The notes beneath the pieces were generated by a model. That model had not been told where the DNA came from. It saw only the letters and a program-made list of their open reading frames with translations, and did not search any database. Below are positions 19,478 through 27,543 of a DNA stretch of 35,185 bases, in pieces; position 1 is the first letter of the stretch; each line of letters opens with the position of its first letter. Both the position numbers and the translations under genes were made by a program. Source of the stretch: Propionivibrio sp. (GTDB lineage: Bacteria > Pseudomonadota > Gammaproteobacteria > Burkholderiales > Rhodocyclaceae); contig JAGNOM010000001.1 in NCBI GenBank assembly GCA_017990155.1, positions 1 to 35,185 of the forward strand. The letters run 5' to 3'.

Positions 19478-20563
19478 ATGCACAAGAAGTTAATCGCCCT
19501 GGCGCTCGCCAGCATCGCCTCGGGCGCCACCTTGGCCCAGAGCAACGTCACCGTCTACGGCATCGTCGATGTCGGTTACGGTTACTACAGCGATGGCAAT
19601 GCCGACGACGTCAAGTCGATTCACAAAATCGACGGTAATCAGTGGAAGACGACGCGCTTCGGTTTCAAGGGTTCGGAAAACCTGGGCGACGGACTGTCGG
19701 CCAATTTCCAGCTTGAAGCCAGCCTGCTGCCCGACACAGCGACGCTCGGCGGCCGTAACTCCTGGATCAGCCTGAAGAGCGGTCTTGGCGAACTCAAGGC
19801 GGGTTCCTTCGGCAGTTTCCACGACGACCTGCTCGGCGCGACCAGTGTCATGTTCGCCAACGGTACGGTGGCCGCACCGTTGCGCGTCTACGTCCTGACC
19901 ACCGGCAGCAAGGAAAGCGGCGACATACGCAACGCGGTCGCCTACTACTCGCCGAACTGGAGCGGCTTCCAGCTCAAGGCGGCGGCGTCGACCCACGGCG
20001 ACACGAGCACCGACGACGTCGTGCCGACCGGATTGACGGCCAGCACCGGCAATGAACGCGTCTATGCCGTCGCCGCGCACTACGCCAACGGCCCGCTCGT
20101 CGCCGGCGCCACCTATGAAATGAACAAGTATCAGGACTACGAGAACGCACCGAGCATCGACTCCGGCAACGAGTGGCACCTGGCGGCGTCCTACGACTTC
20201 GGGATCGCACGCCTCGCCGGTGCCTACGGGACGACGAACTATGCGCAGAATCCCGGTGTTACCAAGGACAGCCGCAAGCAATGGCAGCTGGGGGCTTCGA
20301 CGCCGATCGGCAGCAAGGGCACGCTGGCGGTGAACTACGCGCGCGCCAAAATCGCGTACACCAACGCGGACGACGACAAGGTCAGCTTCTGGGGCATTGG
20401 CTACCTGCACGCGATGAGCAAGCGTACCAGCCTGTACGCGGCTTACGGCGATATCAGCCAGAGCGATACGAACATCATCAAGTCGCGCATCGACGGTTCG
20501 ACGACAACGAGCGACGCCGGCTACCAATCCGCCTTCAACGTCGGCATCCGCCACAACTTCTGA
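19478..20563 (+). CDS. Trimeric outer-membrane porin (betaproteobacterial general porin family)
   Basis: Signal peptide then AQSNVTVYGIVD, RFGFKGSENLGDGLSA.FQLE, Y.H.MSKRTSLYA and C-terminal VGIRHNF. RBS AAGGA. Confidence 0.93.
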   Translation: MHKKLIALALASIASGATLAQSNVTVYGIVDVGYGYYSDGNADDVKSIHKIDGNQWKTTRFGFKGSENLGDGLSANFQLEASLLPDTATLGGRNSWISLKSGLGELKAGSFGSFHDDLLGATSVMFANGTVAAPLRVYVLTTGSKESGDIRNAVAYYSPNWSGFQLKAAASTHGDTSTDDVVPTGLTASTGNERVYAVAAHYANGPLVAGATYEMNKYQDYENAPSIDSGNEWHLAASYDFGIARLAGAYGTTNYAQNPGVTKDSRKQWQLGASTPIGSKGTLAVNYARAKIAYTNADDDKVSFWGIGYLHAMSKRTSLYAAYGDISQSDTNIIKSRIDGSTTTSDAGYQSAFNVGIRHNF

Positions 20564-20580
20564 TTTATTCACACGTTCTC

Positions 20581-20602
20581 GCGGGCGCTTCGGCGCCTGT
20601 TT
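20581..20602 (+). terminator. UUCG-capped hairpin after the porin gene (weak terminator or mRNA stabiliser)
   Basis: GCGGGCGC-TTCG-GCGCCTGT followed by only a short T run. Confidence 0.45.
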
Positions 20603-20657
20603 CCACCCAGCTGTTTCCGACATCCTCCTGTAACAGCCGTGCGTTCAAATACCCCGC

Positions 20658-21515
20658 ATGAACACGACAACCCTCTCCCCGCTCGTTGAGTCTTGCAAGT
20701 CCTTTTTGCGAGCCTTCCTGATAGCCGTAGCGTTCGGCCTGCTTGCCGGCGCCACTTTGTCTTCCGTAGGCCACGCGACGGCGGCACCGGTGGCCGCCGT
20801 TGACAATGCCGCTGGATGGCAAGGGCAAAGCATCACCTGCGCCGGCCGCATCCGCCAGCAGGCGCAACGTATCGCCAAGCTCTATCTGCAGATCGGCATG
20901 GGGCTCGAAGTTGGCCACGCACGCCAGCAAATGAGCCGTGCCGCGCAACAGATCGACGACGACATTGCCGAATTGAAGCAGCACCCTCGGGATGCCAAGG
21001 CAGGCGAAGCACTGGCTCGCGTGACGCAGTCGTGGACCGACTTTCAAGGCGACTTCACGGCACCGTTTTCGTCGAACAGCAAGAGTCGCGTCTTCGATTC
21101 GGCCGACGCCCTCAGCCGCCACACCGGCAAGCTTGCCGCCACTTTCGAACGCAGCGGCGACGCGCCTGCGGCCAGCCTGCTCGACCTTTCACTGCGCCAG
21201 AATATGCTGGTTCAGCGCTTGGCGCGCCTCTATCTGATGGCCTACGCAGGCGACACGTCGGCCGGCCTCCAGGTCGACATCGAGCAGGCTCGCCGGGAGT
21301 TTTCGGCGGCGCTCGACGAACTTGCGCGCACGCGCTCGAATTCCGAAGCCAGCCGGCGCGCGCTTGAGCTGACGAAGATGCAGTGGATTTTCTTCGAGCG
21401 CGCCATTGAAAACGTCGGGTCACCACGCGACAGCAATCCGCGCCATGTCGCAACGACCAGCGAGCAGATCCTCGAACTGCTCGATGAAGTCTCGGCCCAG
21501 TACGCGCGCGGCTGA
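20658..21515 (+). CDS. Exported protein with two PilJ/NarX-like N-terminal four-helix sensor domains and no output domain
   Basis: Signal peptide-like N-terminus, then two repeats beginning AGRIRQQAQRIAKLY and SLRQNMLVQRLARLY, resembling the AGRQRMLSQR pattern. QWIFF...VATTSEQILE tail. Confidence 0.7.
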   Translation: MNTTTLSPLVESCKSFLRAFLIAVAFGLLAGATLSSVGHATAAPVAAVDNAAGWQGQSITCAGRIRQQAQRIAKLYLQIGMGLEVGHARQQMSRAAQQIDDDIAELKQHPRDAKAGEALARVTQSWTDFQGDFTAPFSSNSKSRVFDSADALSRHTGKLAATFERSGDAPAASLLDLSLRQNMLVQRLARLYLMAYAGDTSAGLQVDIEQARREFSAALDELARTRSNSEASRRALELTKMQWIFFERAIENVGSPRDSNPRHVATTSEQILELLDEVSAQYARG

Positions 21516-21538
21516 ATCGGCGCGCCAACCACCAGCCG

Positions 21539-22453
21539 CTACTTGCCGTAGTTGAGCAGCCCGGCCTTCAGTTCGAGCAGGTCGAGCGGCGTGAAGCCCA
21601 TGTACTTGCCGTCCCGCACCTGTCCCTCAAGCTGCAGGACACAGGTTTCCGGCGAACGCCGAATGACATTGCCCTTGATCGTGTAGTGCCGCTCGGCCTC
21701 ACCAAGGTCGGCCTCGATGATTACGCCGTCGCCGCGCTGCAGTTCGGGCATCACCGCCCCGTGCTCACGCACGCGCATGCGTACTTCGCCCTCGGACATA
21801 TCGACCAGCGTGCATGCCAATCCTTCCCGGACGTCCGGGACGTGGAGCGTCACCGGCGCGGTGATTTTGGCGCGTGACTTCTTGCGCTGATCGGTCACCG
21901 ACAGCGTCGACAACTCCGGCGTCAGCAACACCATATTCATGTGCGAATACGGGCCGTCCGGCAGATTCACCTGCTTGGCGACTTCGGTATCGACGGTCGA
22001 GACGCCCTTGCCGCCCGCATTCGACATCAGCGAGATGTAGTTGCCCTTGTTGAACTGCTTGCCGCGCCCGATCTGCGCGCGGCGGTGATAATCGAGCTTC
22101 ATCTCGAGATGCGAGGTATCGGGAACGAGCAACTGGAAGAGCTTGAGTGCGGCAACCGGCAGCCGCTGGTCGTTCTCGCCGACGCGGAAGACGGTCGGGT
22201 TGCCTTCGGCATCGCGGTCGATGGAATCGCTCGAATAGACGTAGTGGCCATTCACGCAGTAGGCCAGGATCAACGTGTCGAAAACGATGTCCTGCTTGAA
22301 TTCCGGGTAGTAGCGCAGCTTCTTGCCGATCGGGAAGAACTCGATCAGCGTCCTGATGCGCGCCAACTGAAACGCCGCCGGCGAATTGTGCGCCGATGCT
22401 TCATTTGCACTGCTCGCCGATCCAAACGTCTTTTCGAAGAGAGTCTTGAGCAC
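21539..22453 (-). CDS. PilZ-domain protein (putative c-di-GMP effector) with an uncharacterised N-terminal region
   Basis: C-terminal QRKKSR (RxxxR) and VDMSEGE (variant DxSxxG), followed by a beta-barrel-like pattern. Confidence 0.7.
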   Translation of the reverse strand: MLKTLFEKTFGSASSANEASAHNSPAAFQLARIRTLIEFFPIGKKLRYYPEFKQDIVFDTLILAYCVNGHYVYSSDSIDRDAEGNPTVFRVGENDQRLPVAALKLFQLLVPDTSHLEMKLDYHRRAQIGRGKQFNKGNYISLMSNAGGKGVSTVDTEVAKQVNLPDGPYSHMNMVLLTPELSTLSVTDQRKKSRAKITAPVTLHVPDVREGLACTLVDMSEGEVRMRVREHGAVMPELQRGDGVIIEADLGEAERHYTIKGNVIRRSPETCVLQLEGQVRDGKYMGFTPLDLLELKAGLLNYGK

Positions 22454-22523
22454 GTTTCGCCTTCCAGCACACGCCGTTGTTCGATCGCGAAATTATACCC
22501 CGCAGCTATCGCGGCAAGCCTTG

Positions 22524-23147
22524 CTACAACGGATAGCCGAAACGCTGGAGCAAGGCGCCGGTTTCGTAAAGCGGCAGACCCATCACGCCGGTATAGCTGC
22601 CAGCCAGGTTCTCGACAAATAGCGCGGCGTGGCCCTGGATGCCGTAAGCGCCGGCCTTGTCCATCGGCTCGCCGGTCGCCACGTAGGCGCGGATCGTCGC
22701 CTCGTCGAGCGGGCAGAAGCGCACTTCGCTGATCGAGAGCGTGGACTCGATGCGCCCTTCGAAAGCCACCGAGACCGCCGTCAGGACACGATGCGTGTTG
22801 CCGGCAAGGCGGCGCAGGATCGCTCTCGCGTCTTCGGCGTCGGTCGGTTTGCCGATGATCTGCCCTTCAAATTCCAGCGTCGTATCGGCCGCCAGCACCG
22901 GCTGCGAACGCATTTTCCTCAGGGTGACGACACGCCAGCCGTATTCGGCCTTGGCGCGCGCCACACGCTGCACGTAGTCGATCGGCACCTCGTCAGGCAG
23001 CGGTGTTTCGTCGAGCTCCTCGTCTTCGCGCGGATGGTTGCGGAAAACGATGGTATCGAACTGGATGCCAACCTGGGTCAGCAACTCCCGTCGACGCGGA
23101 CTGCGCGAGGCGAGGAAGAGGCGCGGGTTACGGAGATTGATCGGCAT
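22524..23147 (-). CDS. maf: Maf-family nucleoside triphosphate pyrophosphatase (YhdE type)
   Basis: LASRSPRRRELL, DET, LAADT, GKP and GEPMDKAGAYGIQG..., VMGLP. Confidence 0.93.
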   Translation of the reverse strand: MPINLRNPRLFLASRSPRRRELLTQVGIQFDTIVFRNHPREDEELDETPLPDEVPIDYVQRVARAKAEYGWRVVTLRKMRSQPVLAADTTLEFEGQIIGKPTDAEDARAILRRLAGNTHRVLTAVSVAFEGRIESTLSISEVRFCPLDEATIRAYVATGEPMDKAGAYGIQGHAALFVENLAGSYTGVMGLPLYETGALLQRFGYPL

Positions 23148-23152
23148 GCAGC

Positions 23153-23623
23153 TCAACCTTCTCGATGGTAGGGATGGTTCTTGACGACGCTGACCGCGCG
23201 ATACAGCTGCTCGCACAGGACGAGGCGCGCCATGGCATGCGGCAGCGTCAGGCTGGAAAGACGGATCATGGAAGCGGCGCGCTGCTTCAGTTCCTCGTCG
23301 ATGCCGTCGGCGCCGCCGATGATGAAGGCCGTGTCGCCGCCTTCGCGCATCCAGTCTTCAAGGCGTTGCGCCAGCTTTACGGTGGTCAGGTCAGTGCCGC
23401 GTTCATCGAGCACGACGATCCGGTTGAAGCCGGACAAGGCCGCCTGCAGCCGAGTTTTCTCCGCCGCCAGCAGTTGTTCGCGGGTCTTGGAGCCACGCGG
23501 TTCAGGCTTGATTTCGACGACCGACAACGGCAACTCGCGTGGCATGCGCTTGATGTACTCGGCACAGCCCTTGGCCACCCAGTCGGGAAGCTTGTGACCG
23601 ACGGCGAGGATGCCGAGCCGCAT
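23153..23623 (-). CDS. rlmH: 23S rRNA pseudouridine-1915 N3-methyltransferase
   Basis: LDERG, FIIGGADG, LSSLTLPH and EQLYRA....NHPYHRE. Confidence 0.96.
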   Translation of the reverse strand: MRLGILAVGHKLPDWVAKGCAEYIKRMPRELPLSVVEIKPEPRGSKTREQLLAAEKTRLQAALSGFNRIVVLDERGTDLTTVKLAQRLEDWMREGGDTAFIIGGADGIDEELKQRAASMIRLSSLTLPHAMARLVLCEQLYRAVSVVKNHPYHREG

Positions 23624-23629
23624 TCTGCC

Positions 23630-23992
23630 TCAGGCGCTCGCGGCGATCGCCTTGCGAACCCGTTCCGGCCCTTTGCCGCCCCACAGTTCCTCGAGGTTGT
23701 AATAGCTGCGGATGGCTGGTTGCATGACGTGCACGACGATGTCGCCGAGATCGACGAGCACCCATTCGCCGCCGTCTTCGCCTTCGGTCGAAATGATCTC
23801 GCCGCCGGCTTCGCGAACCTTGTCCTCGACGTTGCGCGCCAGCGATCGCACCTGCCGGTTTGAGTCGCCGCTGGCGACGACGATGCGCTCGAAGAGCGGC
23901 GTCAGCTTGGCGGTGTTGATGACTTCGATGTCACGACCCTTGATGTCCTCAAGGGCATTTACGACGATTTTTTCGAGTTGTGTTGCATTCAT
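23630..23992 (-). CDS. rsfS: Ribosome silencing factor
   Basis: ALEDIKGRDI, ASGDSNRQV and WVLVDLGDIVVHVMQP..R.YYNLEELW. Confidence 0.96.
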   Translation of the reverse strand: MNATQLEKIVVNALEDIKGRDIEVINTAKLTPLFERIVVASGDSNRQVRSLARNVEDKVREAGGEIISTEGEDGGEWVLVDLGDIVVHVMQPAIRSYYNLEELWGGKGPERVRKAIAASA

Positions 23993-24070
23993 TAAAAGCT
24001 AACTCCGGTGTGGAACCTCCCCCTACAGGGGGATAATCTTGCTTGGGAGAGGCGTCATCTCTTCCAAGCC

Positions 24071-24101
24071 GTTTCGCCCGGTCACGGGCGTGGATTGAAA
24101 C
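24071..24101 (+). repeat. Solitary CRISPR-repeat-like sequence (type I-C-like); not an array
   Basis: GTTTCGCCCGGTCACGGGCGTGGATTGAAAC: a 6-bp stem CGCCCG/CGGGCG and the 3' end GTGGATTGAAAC typical of I-C repeats. Single copy, no cas genes in the window. Confidence 0.6.
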
Positions 24102-24110
24102 ATTGGCGAA

Positions 24111-24785
24111 TCAATTCTCCGAGTAAAGGCGGTGTTGCCGGATGTGCGCAATCAGCGCGTCTGGCAGCAAATATCGGGTGCTGCGCCCTTTGGACAGCAA
24201 CCCCCGAATCTTGGTTGCTGAAATGTCGAGCTGCGTCATCGCGAAGGGGGCGATGCGCCCGGCCGGCGCCGACTTCAGATCGGCGACGTCCGTACTCAAC
24301 CGGGTACGGAAGACCTCCGCGATCGCTCGCGGCAATGCACCGGCTTCAACCGGGTAGCCCGGCCGGTGTGCGACGCCGACATGCGCCAGTTCGAACAACG
24401 ATTCCCAGCGATGCCAGCCGGCCATTCCGGCAAACGCGTCGGCGCCGACGAGCAGGACGAGTGGCCGCTCACTGCCGATGCAATCGCTCTGACGCAAACG
24501 CTCGAGCGTCGGCACGGTGTAGCTAGGCTGCGCGGCCTCGACTTCGGCGCTATCGAGTTCAAAGCGCGGATTTCCGGCGATCGCCAGACGCACCATCTCG
24601 AGACGCTGCGCCGCCGCGACGCGCGGCGCGCCACGCAAAGCCGGCCAGCCTGCCGGAATCCAGCGCACGGACGCGAGCTCCAGGGCTTCGGCCGCTTCCT
24701 CTGCAAGGCGCAGATGACCGAGATGCACCGGATCGAAAGTCCCGCCGAAAATCCCCAGCGGTGCTCGCTCCCGCATGTCAGGCAT
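24111..24785 (-). CDS. nadD: Nicotinate-nucleotide adenylyltransferase
   Basis: GIFGGTFDPVHLGHL, PSYTV.TL, LLVGADAF...W..W and DISATKIR. The start may be 24776. Confidence 0.95.
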   Translation of the reverse strand: MPDMRERAPLGIFGGTFDPVHLGHLRLAEEAAEALELASVRWIPAGWPALRGAPRVAAAQRLEMVRLAIAGNPRFELDSAEVEAAQPSYTVPTLERLRQSDCIGSERPLVLLVGADAFAGMAGWHRWESLFELAHVGVAHRPGYPVEAGALPRAIAEVFRTRLSTDVADLKSAPAGRIAPFAMTQLDISATKIRGLLSKGRSTRYLLPDALIAHIRQHRLYSEN

Positions 24786-25554
24786 TTTCGTCGACGACGA
24801 CAAAGACGTCGCGATAGCTCGCGTAGAAGCTGCCGTAGAGCGTCGGCATGAGCACGACGACGAGCAATGATGACAGCGCGACCGACATCATTTCACCGCC
24901 ACCGGGCAGAAGAATCGTTATCGCGCCGACGAGCAATCCCGGAAGCAGCATGCCGAACACCGCAATTGACAGAAAGTAGACGACGAACGCGCGCCAGTTG
25001 CGCAGGCAGGCGACCATGCTGAAAAACAGCGACTTCCCGGCCGACAATCCGTGCCAGGCCGCAAGCACCGGCGCAAACCAGTAGGCCATCATGAAGGGCA
25101 AGGACAGGGTGATGGCCATCACGATCGCGGCCAGCGACGAATCACCGTCGCCGGCCGGCTCCTCCGCGCGCTGCCCGAGAACGGCCATGCGGAAGAGTCC
25201 GCCGCCATCGATCATCGAGGTCGCGCCAAGGATGAGCGTCGTCCCGGCGAAGTAGATGCCGCCCAGGATCAACAGCGTGCGCAGATTCTGCTGAAAGCCC
25301 GAAAACAGCAGATGCGGCGGCAGCAGCGCGTTGCGTTCGACGAGCCGGAAGGCATTCATGATGCTGACCGAAAACACCGGGATCAGGAGCGTCGCCGCCA
25401 GCTGTCCGAAAAACGGCATTGAGCTGATCACGATCATCATCACCCAATAGCCGATGATGAGCAGCGTCAGCAGCAGCTGCTTCTTGCGGAAGATGCGGAA
25501 GCCATCGGAGAGCCAGCGCAAACCGCGGCTGGCAGGGAGGTTCAATGCTTGCAT
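24778..25554 (-). CDS. BPSS1780-family (DUF2189-like) membrane protein, copy 2
   Basis: PASRGLRWL..GF.IF, LFSGF, MAYWFAPVL, KSLFFS..AC.RN and Y.SYRDVF motifs. Confidence 0.8.
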   Translation of the reverse strand: MQALNLPASRGLRWLSDGFRIFRKKQLLLTLLIIGYWVMMIVISSMPFFGQLAATLLIPVFSVSIMNAFRLVERNALLPPHLLFSGFQQNLRTLLILGGIYFAGTTLILGATSMIDGGGLFRMAVLGQRAEEPAGDGDSSLAAIVMAITLSLPFMMAYWFAPVLAAWHGLSAGKSLFFSMVACLRNWRAFVVYFLSIAVFGMLLPGLLVGAITILLPGGGEMMSVALSSLLVVVLMPTLYGSFYASYRDVFVVVDENA

Positions 25555-25561
25555 GGAGAAA

Positions 25562-26299
25562 TCAATTCGCGACAAAGACGTCCCGGTAGGCGGCGTACAC
25601 CGACCCGGCGAGAACAGGAATGAGGACCAGAAAACCGAGGCCGACCGGCAGCGCGGCGAAGAACGCGAGCACCAGCACGATCAGACCATAGACCAGGAAC
25701 GCCAGGACGTTCTTCATGCACGCCTCGAAACTGGCCTTGAGCGCGGCGACCGGCTGCATGTGGTTGAAGAAGACCAGCGCCGGAGCGAACCAGACGGCCA
25801 TGACGACGGGCACGGACAGCGCCAGCGACAGCAACAACGACAGCATCAAGCCGCCGAAGATCACGCCAAGACCCGCCGGCTGCGCTGACAACAAACCGCC
25901 GGCCACGCTGCCTCCGCCAACCACCACCACAATGACGACGATGGCGAACATCGCCAGCATGTAGAGAACGCCCACCATGACCAGTGGGCCGGCGTTCTGC
26001 TTGAAGCCGGCGAAGAGGTCGTCGATCTGCACGCGCTCCTCCTCATCGATCTTCCTGCACACCAGCAGCATGCCCGCGCCGAGCACCGGCATCAGCAGAT
26101 GCGCGGCGAGCGTTCCGACCAGCGGCACGATCTGCACGCCGAGAACAATGACCAGCAGGACGATGGTCAGCCCGATCCACAAGCCGGGGTTGGCCGCGAA
26201 CAGCGCCCAACCCTGCTGGAGCCAGTCAAACGCATTTCCGGGAGGGACAACCCGACTGTTTCCGTTGAAGGCCGGCGCCGGAATCGGGAAGGATTCCAT
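25562..26299 (-). CDS. BPSS1780-family (DUF2189-like) membrane protein, copy 1
   Basis: WLQQGWALF, DLFAGF, MAVWFAPALV, ALKASF.AC.KN and YAAYRDVF. An alternative GTG start lies at 26311. Confidence 0.8.
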   Translation of the reverse strand: MESFPIPAPAFNGNSRVVPPGNAFDWLQQGWALFAANPGLWIGLTIVLLVIVLGVQIVPLVGTLAAHLLMPVLGAGMLLVCRKIDEEERVQIDDLFAGFKQNAGPLVMVGVLYMLAMFAIVVIVVVVGGGSVAGGLLSAQPAGLGVIFGGLMLSLLLSLALSVPVVMAVWFAPALVFFNHMQPVAALKASFEACMKNVLAFLVYGLIVLVLAFFAALPVGLGFLVLIPVLAGSVYAAYRDVFVAN

Positions 26300-26414
26300 G
26301 GTTTTGCTCACTCGAATCGGTTGGAAACAACAAGGGATGACGCGGACAACAGCCGGCGAATTGTAAATACCTCGCTCGGCAGCACAGGCCGCAAACGGGC
26401 AGCGCGGGAAAAAA

Positions 26415-26756
26415 TCAGAAGGTGCCGATCACCCACATCGGCACGCTGATCCGATCGACACCCGGCCCTTCCATCGGGACAAAGAAGCCGTCGCCGCGCG
26501 GATCGATCAGCGTGTACGGAACACCGTGCTCGGGCGTCACCACCACCTTGTACAGACGGCCATTGATGCGATATTCCTCGACCGTCTCGCCCTCGCGCTT
26601 TTTGATCGTCACCTCCGGTTCGAGCGCTGCATCTTCCGCGCTCATCACCGGCGGTGGCGGCGGTTCCGGCAAGGGCTCAAGATCGCTTGGGGTCTGCGCC
26701 AGAACCGGGGCGGCTGCGAGGGCCAGCAAGGCAAGGAGGGCAGAGATTCGACGCAT
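26415..26756 (-). CDS. DUF2782-like exported protein
   Basis: Signal peptide, proline-rich linker, EPEVTI...VEEYRING.LY...VTP..G.PY.LID and VPMWVI..F. Confidence 0.8.
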   Translation of the reverse strand: MRRISALLALLALAAAPVLAQTPSDLEPLPEPPPPPVMSAEDAALEPEVTIKKREGETVEEYRINGRLYKVVVTPEHGVPYTLIDPRGDGFFVPMEGPGVDRISVPMWVIGTF

Positions 26757-26799
26757 GAGTGGTGCTTTCCGACGTGTATTTTTGGATACCCCGATTGTA

Positions 26800-27525
26800 T
26801 TACAGATTGAGCAGCATCTCGCGCTCGCTGGGCAGCGGCTCGAAGCCCAGCGTCTCATAGTGTTTGAAGATGGCATCGACGACGTCCTCGGGCTTGTCGA
26901 TGACCTGGATCAGGTCGAGATCGCCCGGCGAAATCACCTTTTCATCGACCAACGTGCTGCGGAACCAGTCGATCATGCCGTTCCAGAACGGGCCATGCAC
27001 CAGGATGATCGGAATGCGGCGGCTCTTGCCGGTCTGGATCAGCGTCAACGCCTCGAGCAACTCGTCGAGCGTCCCGAAACCGCCCGGCATCACGACATAG
27101 GCGTTGGCGAAGCGCACGAACATGTACTTGCGTGCAAAAAAGTGGTGGAACGACTGCGAAATGTCCTGGTAGGCATTGGCCGACTGCTCGCGCGGCAGCT
27201 GGATGTTCAGCCCGATGCTCGGCGACTTGCCGAAATACGCCCCCTTGTTGGCCGCCTCCATGATGCCGGGACCGCCGCCCGAGATCACCGAAAAGCCGGC
27301 ATCCGAAAGCAGGCGCGCGATTTCCTCGGTCAATTTGTAGTACGGCGAATCGGGTGCGGTGCGCGCGCTGCCGAAGATCGAGACCGCCGGCCGGATCGCC
27401 GACAGGCGCTGCGTCGCCTCGACGAACTCTGACATAATGCCGAATACCCGCCAGGCCTCCTGCGACGCCGTAAACTTGCTTGATCCATGCTCGGCAGACG
27501 GGGGGATCTTGTCTTTTTCGCTCAT
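26800..27525 (-). CDS. LOG-family (TIGR00730) nucleotide phosphoribohydrolase-like protein
   Basis: VSIFGSAR, ISGGGPGIMEAANKGA, FFARK and PGGFGTLDE motifs. Confidence 0.92.
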   Translation of the reverse strand: MSEKDKIPPSAEHGSSKFTASQEAWRVFGIMSEFVEATQRLSAIRPAVSIFGSARTAPDSPYYKLTEEIARLLSDAGFSVISGGGPGIMEAANKGAYFGKSPSIGLNIQLPREQSANAYQDISQSFHHFFARKYMFVRFANAYVVMPGGFGTLDELLEALTLIQTGKSRRIPIILVHGPFWNGMIDWFRSTLVDEKVISPGDLDLIQVIDKPEDVVDAIFKHYETLGFEPLPSEREMLLNL

Positions 27526-27543
27526 TTCACGCCTTAAAAAAAT

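Noticed and set aside
24023-24103. 26-aa - strand ORF MFQSTPVTGRNGLEEMTPLPSKIIPL
   Set aside because: It is the reverse translation of the CRISPR-like repeat and hairpins, with no clear RBS.
23993-24110. CRISPR array call
   Set aside because: Only one repeat-like unit, with no second repeat at spacer distance on either side and no cas genes. Reported as a solitary repeat instead.
25533-25545. CAGGGAGGTTCAA, near-complementary to the seed of the duplicated RNA
   Set aside because: It is on the non-coding strand of the BPSS1780-like gene, so it is not present in that mRNA.
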